Part shown: positions 57,147-64,000 of the stretch, piece after piece
Position numbering within the stretch: the stretch's first letter is position 1
Layout: every line of letters starts with the position of its first letter
Assembly: GCA_964404165.1 (NCBI GenBank)
Contig: CAYOIZ010000003.1
Span: 116,940-180,939 of the forward strand
Source of the DNA: an uncultured Candidatus Binatia bacterium
GTDB lineage: Bacteria > Desulfobacterota > Binatia > DP-6
Direction: 5' to 3'
Length of the DNA: 64,000 nt
Position numbers and translations under genes: made by a program
The notes under the pieces: generated by a model
What the model was told of the DNA's origin: nothing
Database searches by the model: none
What the model saw: the letters and a program-made list of their open reading frames with translations, nothing else

Positions 57147-58427
57147 ATGAGCGCGCTGATCGTCGTCGTCGGCGTCCTGGTGCTGTTCGCCGCCGTGCTG
57201 GCGATGGCGGAGGCCTCGATCAGCCGCATGACCCGGGTACGGGCCATAGCACTCGAGGCCGAGGGGCGACGCAACGCGGCCCTGCTCGAACGGCTGGAAT
57301 CCGACCCGCCGCGGTACCTGAACGCCATCTACCTGCTCGTCATGCTGTGCCAGAACGGCTCCGCCGTGCTGGTGGCCATCATCAGCGAGTACTACTTCGA
57401 CAGCCTCGGCATCACGCTCGTCTCGCTCGCCTTCACCCTCGCATACTTCGTCCTGGTGGAGGCCATGGCGAAGACGTTCGGCATCCTGCACAGCGACAGC
57501 GTCGCGCTGGCGCTCGCGCCACTCGTCTACGTGTTCGGCCGCGCCTTGAGCCTGCCGACGCGCGGCCTGATCGGCATCGCCAACGTGCTGCTCCCCGGCA
57601 AGGGCCTCAAGCAGGGACCCTTCGTCTCCGAGGAGGACATCCGCTCGATGGCAGAGGTCGGCCACGAGGAAGGCAGCATCGAGGAGCACGAGAAGGAGCT
57701 GATCCACTCGATCTTCACGTTTGGCGACACGGTCGTGCGCGAGGTCATGGTGCCGCGGCCCGACATCGTCGCGGTCGAGATCACGTCGTCGCTCCGCACC
57801 CTGCAGGAAATGGTGATGCAGCACGGCTTCTCGCGCATCCCGGTCTATCGCGGCGAGCTCGACCGCATCGAGGGCGTCGTCTACGTGAAGGACGTCCTCA
57901 AGGTGCTGCACCAGGGGAGCGGCGACACGCCGATCGCCCAGGTGATGCGTCACCCCCACTTCGTACCCGACTCGAAGAAGGTCGCCGAGCTGCTGCGCGA
58001 GATGCAGCGCCAGAAGTTCCACCTGGCGATGGTGACCGACGAGTACGGCTCGGTGGCCGGGATCATCACGCTCGAGGACGTCCTCGAAGAGCTGGTGGGT
58101 GAGATCGAGGACGAGTACGACACCGAGGAGCCCGAGCTGGTGCCGGTGGCCGACGGGGTCTACCGCGTCGACGGGGCCATGCCGATCCACGACCTGAACG
58201 TTCTGCTGGGCATCGAGCTGCCGAGCGCCGAGTGGGACACCGTCGGCGGGCTCATGCTGGGTCTGCTGGGGGCGATCCCCCGCGAGGGCCAGGAAGTGCG
58301 GTGGGAGAACATCGTCTTCCGGGCGGAGAAGGTGCTGCGCCGGCGGATCGTCTCCGTCCTGATCACGGCGGCCGACCGCGACGGCACCGCCGACACGGCC
58401 GCGCCGGCCGAGAAGAGCCCCGACTGA
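57147..58427 (+). CDS. hemolysin-family/CNNM transporter (DUF21-CBS pair-CorC_HlyC)
   Basis: Four N-terminal TM segments (DUF21), tandem CBS domains and a C-terminal CorC_HlyC domain. Confidence 0.85.
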   Translation: MSALIVVVGVLVLFAAVLAMAEASISRMTRVRAIALEAEGRRNAALLERLESDPPRYLNAIYLLVMLCQNGSAVLVAIISEYYFDSLGITLVSLAFTLAYFVLVEAMAKTFGILHSDSVALALAPLVYVFGRALSLPTRGLIGIANVLLPGKGLKQGPFVSEEDIRSMAEVGHEEGSIEEHEKELIHSIFTFGDTVVREVMVPRPDIVAVEITSSLRTLQEMVMQHGFSRIPVYRGELDRIEGVVYVKDVLKVLHQGSGDTPIAQVMRHPHFVPDSKKVAELLREMQRQKFHLAMVTDEYGSVAGIITLEDVLEELVGEIEDEYDTEEPELVPVADGVYRVDGAMPIHDLNVLLGIELPSAEWDTVGGLMLGLLGAIPREGQEVRWENIVFRAEKVLRRRIVSVLITAADRDGTADTAAPAEKSPD

Positions 58428-58476
58428 CCTGGCGGCCGGAACGGCGCGTTGGCGCCGTCCCGGCCCACCTCGTCGC

Positions 58477-58770
58477 CTACGCCGAGACCTGCCTCGGGCG
58501 CCGCGTGATCGTCCGCCGCCGCTGCGCAGCGGCGAGCGAATCGCCGTAGCGATTGAAGTAGCATTCGCCGCACACCAGCAAGTGATCGGCCAGCAGGGGC
58601 TGCACGTCCGTCACCTTGAGGTAGCGGACGTCGCGCGAATCGCCGGTCCCGGCCAGTAGGCGCGGCTTCTCCTGCCAGAACCGCAGGCGACCGATCACCT
58701 GCCGGCACACGCTGCAGCTGCGGGTTTCCCACCAGGGACGTCCCCGGGGGCGTCGAGTGGAGGTGCTCAT
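58477..58770 (-). CDS. small zinc-ribbon protein (97 aa)
   Basis: Two CxxC pairs (CSVCRQ...CGEC). An AAAGGA sequence lies 7 nt upstream of the ATG. Confidence 0.4.
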   Translation of the reverse strand: MSTSTRRPRGRPWWETRSCSVCRQVIGRLRFWQEKPRLLAGTGDSRDVRYLKVTDVQPLLADHLLVCGECYFNRYGDSLAAAQRRRTITRRPRQVSA

Positions 58771-58796
58771 CACGATTCCTTTCCGCGCCCGCGTCA

Positions 58797-58937
58797 CCGC
58801 GCGCGCGACAGCTCGTAGAGGAAGATCAGCGCCAGCGGGGCGATGAAGACGAGCAGAACCAGGATGAGGTTCGCCTTCGACGACCGCTGGCTCGGCGCTA
58901 CCGCAGGGAGCGGCACGCCGGACTCTTCGTCGGCCAT
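58797..58937 (-). CDS. small single-TM membrane peptide (46 aa)
   Basis: MADEESGVPLPAVAPSQRSSKANLILVLLVFIAPLALIFLYELSRAR, with GGAGG upstream. Below the ORF-track length cutoff. Its stop lies 23 nt upstream of the zinc-ribbon gene. Confidence 0.35.
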
Positions 58938-59006
58938 TGGGCCTCCGTCCTTCCGTGCGAACGCCGGACGAGCGTGCTCGTCCGGGACGTTGGGGAGGAG
59001 GGGCCG

Positions 59007-59342
59007 CTAGGCAGATGGAGCGGAATCCGACACGAGCGCCCGCGGCGGAGGTCGTCGCGGGTGAAACGCGGGACGTCTCGCGATGCACGCCGTCCGGAAG
59101 CGGACCTCGGCGACGCGGGAGACGTGGATGGTACCGGGCGAGGTTTCGTACCGGACGACCAGGGTTGCATCGTGCCGGCCGGTGTCGGGTCGCTCGGCAG
59201 CGACCCCCAGGACATCCGGCATGCCGAGGGTGGGATGCACCCCCGGCAGCGGATTCTCGATCTTCATGCAGAAGGCGCCAGCCCCTCCCGCCTGCGTCAT
59301 CAGCAGGATGAGTGCGATGAGGAGGTGGAGGGGCTTGCGCAT
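59007..59342 (-). CDS. small secreted hypothetical protein
   Basis: Signal peptide (MRKPLHLLIALILLMTQAGGAGA). Weak RBS. Lies 16 nt downstream of hppA. Confidence 0.3.
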   Translation of the reverse strand: MRKPLHLLIALILLMTQAGGAGAFCMKIENPLPGVHPTLGMPDVLGVAAERPDTGRHDATLVVRYETSPGTIHVSRVAEVRFRTACIARRPAFHPRRPPPRALVSDSAPSA

Positions 59343-59358
59343 TGCGAGGTCGGTCGTC

Positions 59359-61785
<2,427 letters not shown>

Positions 61786-61887
61786 CCGTTCTCAAGCCTC
61801 CTAGGGGCGGGTTGGTAAAAAGGCGCCAGGTTATAGGCGATGGCGTCCTGGGATGCAAAGAATCGCGCGCCCCCGCACGACCACCCC

Positions 61888-64000
61888 TCAGAGCCCTGGC
61901 GACACCCCGTCCGACGGCGATCCGGCGCCCATGACCCGCGCCATCACGGCCAGCAGATCCGCCGGCCGGAGCGGCTTCGCGACGTAGGCGTCCATGCCAC
62001 CCGCGAGGCAGCGCTCCATGTCACCCTTCATGGCGTGTGCGGTGAGCGCCACGATCGGCGTCCGCCGCCCCTGCTCGCGCGCCCGGATCGCGGCGGTGGC
62101 CTCGAAGCCGTCCATCACCGGCATCTGGACGTCCATCAGGATGACGTCGAAGGTGTCACGCGCATGCGCCTCGACGGCCTGGGCACCGTCCTCGACGGCG
62201 ACCACGGCGAAGCCCTGCCGCTCCAGCAGCCGGCAGGCGACGAGCCGGTTGACGGGATTGTCCTCCGCCAGCAGGACCCTCACCCCCGCCGCCAGGACCG
62301 GGCGCTCGGCGACGGGGCGGGGCTCAGCCGGTGCCGTCGCCGCCCCGAGCGCCGCCTCGAGCGCGCGCAACAGCTCGCCGCTGCGCACCGGCTTGGTGAG
62401 GTAGGTCGTGACGCCGAGCTCACGGCACTGCTGGGCGTCCTCGCTCTGCGCCGACGAGCTCAGGATGACCAGCGGGATGTTCGCCAGCGCCGTGTCGGCC
62501 TTGATGTGGCGCACGAGGGTGACGCCGTCCATCTCCGGCATCTGCAGATCGAGGACCGCGAGCGCGACCGGCTCGCCGTGGGCGACGCCCTCGCGCAGCG
62601 CGGCCAGGGCCTCGAGCCCGCCTTCGACCGCCAGCGGCCGTGCCTTCCAGCCGCGCATCATGGCTTCCAGGATGCGGCGATTGGTGGCGTTGTCGTCGAC
62701 CACCAGGAGCCGCCGATCGCGCAGCGCCACCGGCGGCGGCGCCGACCGCGCCGTCCCCTCGCGGTCTATGGGGAAGCGACCCGTGAAATGGAACGTGCTG
62801 CCGGCCCCGGGCTCGCTGTCCACCCAGATGCGCCCGCCCATCAGCTCGACGAGCTGCACGCAGATCGCGAGCCCGAGCCCCGTGCCGCCGTAGCGCCGGG
62901 TGGTGGAGCCGTCGGCCTGCGTGAAGGCGCCGAAGATCTTGTCGCGGTGCTCGGGCGCGATGCCGATGCCGGTGTCACAGACGGCGAAGTGCAGCAGCAC
63001 GTCATCGGCCGTCGTCTCGTCGACCCACACCTGCACGACGACCTCGCCGTGCTCGGTGAACTTGACGGCGTTCCCGAGGAGGTTCACCAGCACCTGGCGC
63101 ACGCGGCCGGGGTCGCCGACGAGATGGTCGGGCACCTCCGAATCGACGTCGCAGGCCAGCTCGAGGCCCTTCTGGTGGGCGCGCAGCGCCAGCATCTTGA
63201 GCGTGTCCGAGAGGCCGTCGCGGAGCACGAACGGAATGGCCTCGAGGTCGAGCTTGCCGGCCTCGATCTTCGAGAAGTCGAGGATGTCGTTCAGGAGCGA
63301 GAGCAGCGAATCGGCGGACGTGCGCGCGATCTCGAGATACTCGCGCTGCTCGGGCTGCAGCTCGGTGTCGAGCGCCAGGTCCGTCATGCCCATGATGCCG
63401 TTCATGGGGGTCCTGATCTCGTGACTCATGTTGGCGAGGAACTCGCTCTTGGCGCGACCCGCCTGCTCGGCCTGGTCGCGCGATGCCTCCAGCGCGCGGT
63501 TGGTTGCGAGCAGCTCGGCCTCGGCCGCGGTCTGCGCCGAGGTGAACGCCACCACCAGGGCCAGCACGGTGGCGGGCAGCAGCAGCTGCACCGTGATCGA
63601 GTAGCTCGTCTGCACCGACGCCGGCAGCACGGTCGCCAGCGTCACCCCCGCGGCGTCGAGGCCGGCGAAGACGCCGATCTGCAGTGCCGCCAGCGCCGCG
63701 TAGAGCGCCGCGGCGCGCGGGCCGAGCATGAGGCCCGCGTACAGCACGGGGACGACGATCCAGCCCTGCCCGATGGCGTTCAGGCCGCCGAGCTCGCTCT
63801 GCATGAAGGCCAGGAGCAGGAAGAGGTTGGTCGCCCCGACGTAGGCGGCGACGGTGATGCTGCCCCCGCGCCGCACCCAGGCCATTGCGCCGACGGCGAC
63901 GGCACACGCGGCCACGATCGCGAGCACCACCGGCCACGCCCCGACCATGACGTAGATCGTCGACGAGAACGGGCTCGCCGCCGTGAGGGTCAGGATCGAC
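61888..64000 (-). CDS. hybrid sensor histidine kinase with two receiver domains (5' end may be truncated by window edge)
   Basis: HisKA ([15 protein letters not shown]), HATPase_c, REC1 ([12 protein letters not shown]) and REC2 ([11 protein letters not shown]). The reading frame remains open upstream of the Met at 63948, up to position 64000. Confidence 0.85.
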   Translation of the reverse strand, partial: SILTLTAASPFSSTIYVMVGAWPVVLAIVAACAVAVGAMAWVRRGGSITVAAYVGATNLFLLLAFMQSELGGLNAIGQGWIVVPVLYAGLMLGPRAAALYAALAALQIGVFAGLDAAGVTLATVLPASVQTSYSITVQLLLPATVLALVVAFTSAQTAAEAELLATNRALEASRDQAEQAGRAKSEFLANMSHEIRTPMNGIMGMTDLALDTELQPEQREYLEIARTSADSLLSLLNDILDFSKIEAGKLDLEAIPFVLRDGLSDTLKMLALRAHQKGLELACDVDSEVPDHLVGDPGRVRQVLVNLLGNAVKFTEHGEVVVQVWVDETTADDVLLHFAVCDTGIGIAPEHRDKIFGAFTQADGSTTRRYGGTGLGLAICVQLVELMGGRIWVDSEPGAGSTFHFTGRFPIDREGTARSAPPPVALRDRRLLVVDDNATNRRILEAMMRGWKARPLAVEGGLEALAALREGVAHGEPVALAVLDLQMPEMDGVTLVRHIKADTALANIPLVILSSSAQSEDAQQCRELGVTTYLTKPVRSGELLRALEAALGAATAPAEPRPVAERPVLAAGVRVLLAEDNPVNRLVACRLLERQGFAVVAVEDGAQAVEAHARDTFDVILMDVQMPVMDGFEATAAIRAREQGRRTPIVALTAHAMKGDMERCLAGGMDAYVAKPLRPADLLAVMARVMGAGSPSDGVSPGL

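Overview
High-GC (~70%+) bacterial chromosome segment, most likely from Myxococcota: it carries TIGR02232-type Myxococcus cysteine-rich repeats and a choice-of-anchor/beta-helix secreted protein. It is gene-dense, with about 60 CDS and many 4-nt ATGA/GTGA start-stop overlaps. No rRNA, tRNA, CRISPR array, integrase or transposase was recognised.

Gene content in order:
(1) 1-3.5 kb: a general-stress island with a YqjE-like holin-family protein, a YqjK-like protein, two DUF883/ElaB-like proteins, YtxH, SRPBCC, CsbD, BON/OsmY and a YflT-like protein.
(2) A hybrid sensor kinase and an orphan receiver, translationally coupled to treZ and a GH133-type glycogen debranching enzyme.
(3) Topoisomerase IB, DUF748, BON and Ku.
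(4) A secreted beta-helix protein, SOD, an XRE regulator and DUF2795, then a second paralogous orphan receiver upstream of treY.
(5) An FAH-family hydrolase, Bcp peroxiredoxin, DUF427 and a 969-aa secreted protein built from three modules of Myxococcus Cys-rich repeats.
(6) A periplasmic-binding-fold/chorismate-mutase fusion lipoprotein, GST, and addA and addB separated by a small His-rich secreted protein.
(7) A GH5-like hydrolase, a WS/DGAT acyltransferase, an orphan BtuF-like binding protein and a sulfatase-like Cys-rich protein.
(8) An MFS transporter, a cytochrome P460-domain/multiheme fusion cytochrome, DUF2752 and DUF4234, divergent from a ferredoxin-P450-SDR group.
(9) A TetR-TolC-HlyD-2xABC ATPase-2xABC-2 permease efflux operon (YbhGFSR-like).
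(10) A CNNM/CorC transporter, small peptides, the H+/Na+-pyrophosphatase HppA and a 5'-truncated hybrid histidine kinase.

The most unusual items are the cytochrome P460 domain fused to a pentaheme module in an operon with DUF4234, DUF2752 and an MFS transporter; the duplicated receiver-trehalose modules; and the SBP_bac_3-AroQ fusion. Dozens of long antisense ORFs in the six-frame track were rejected as high-GC artefacts.
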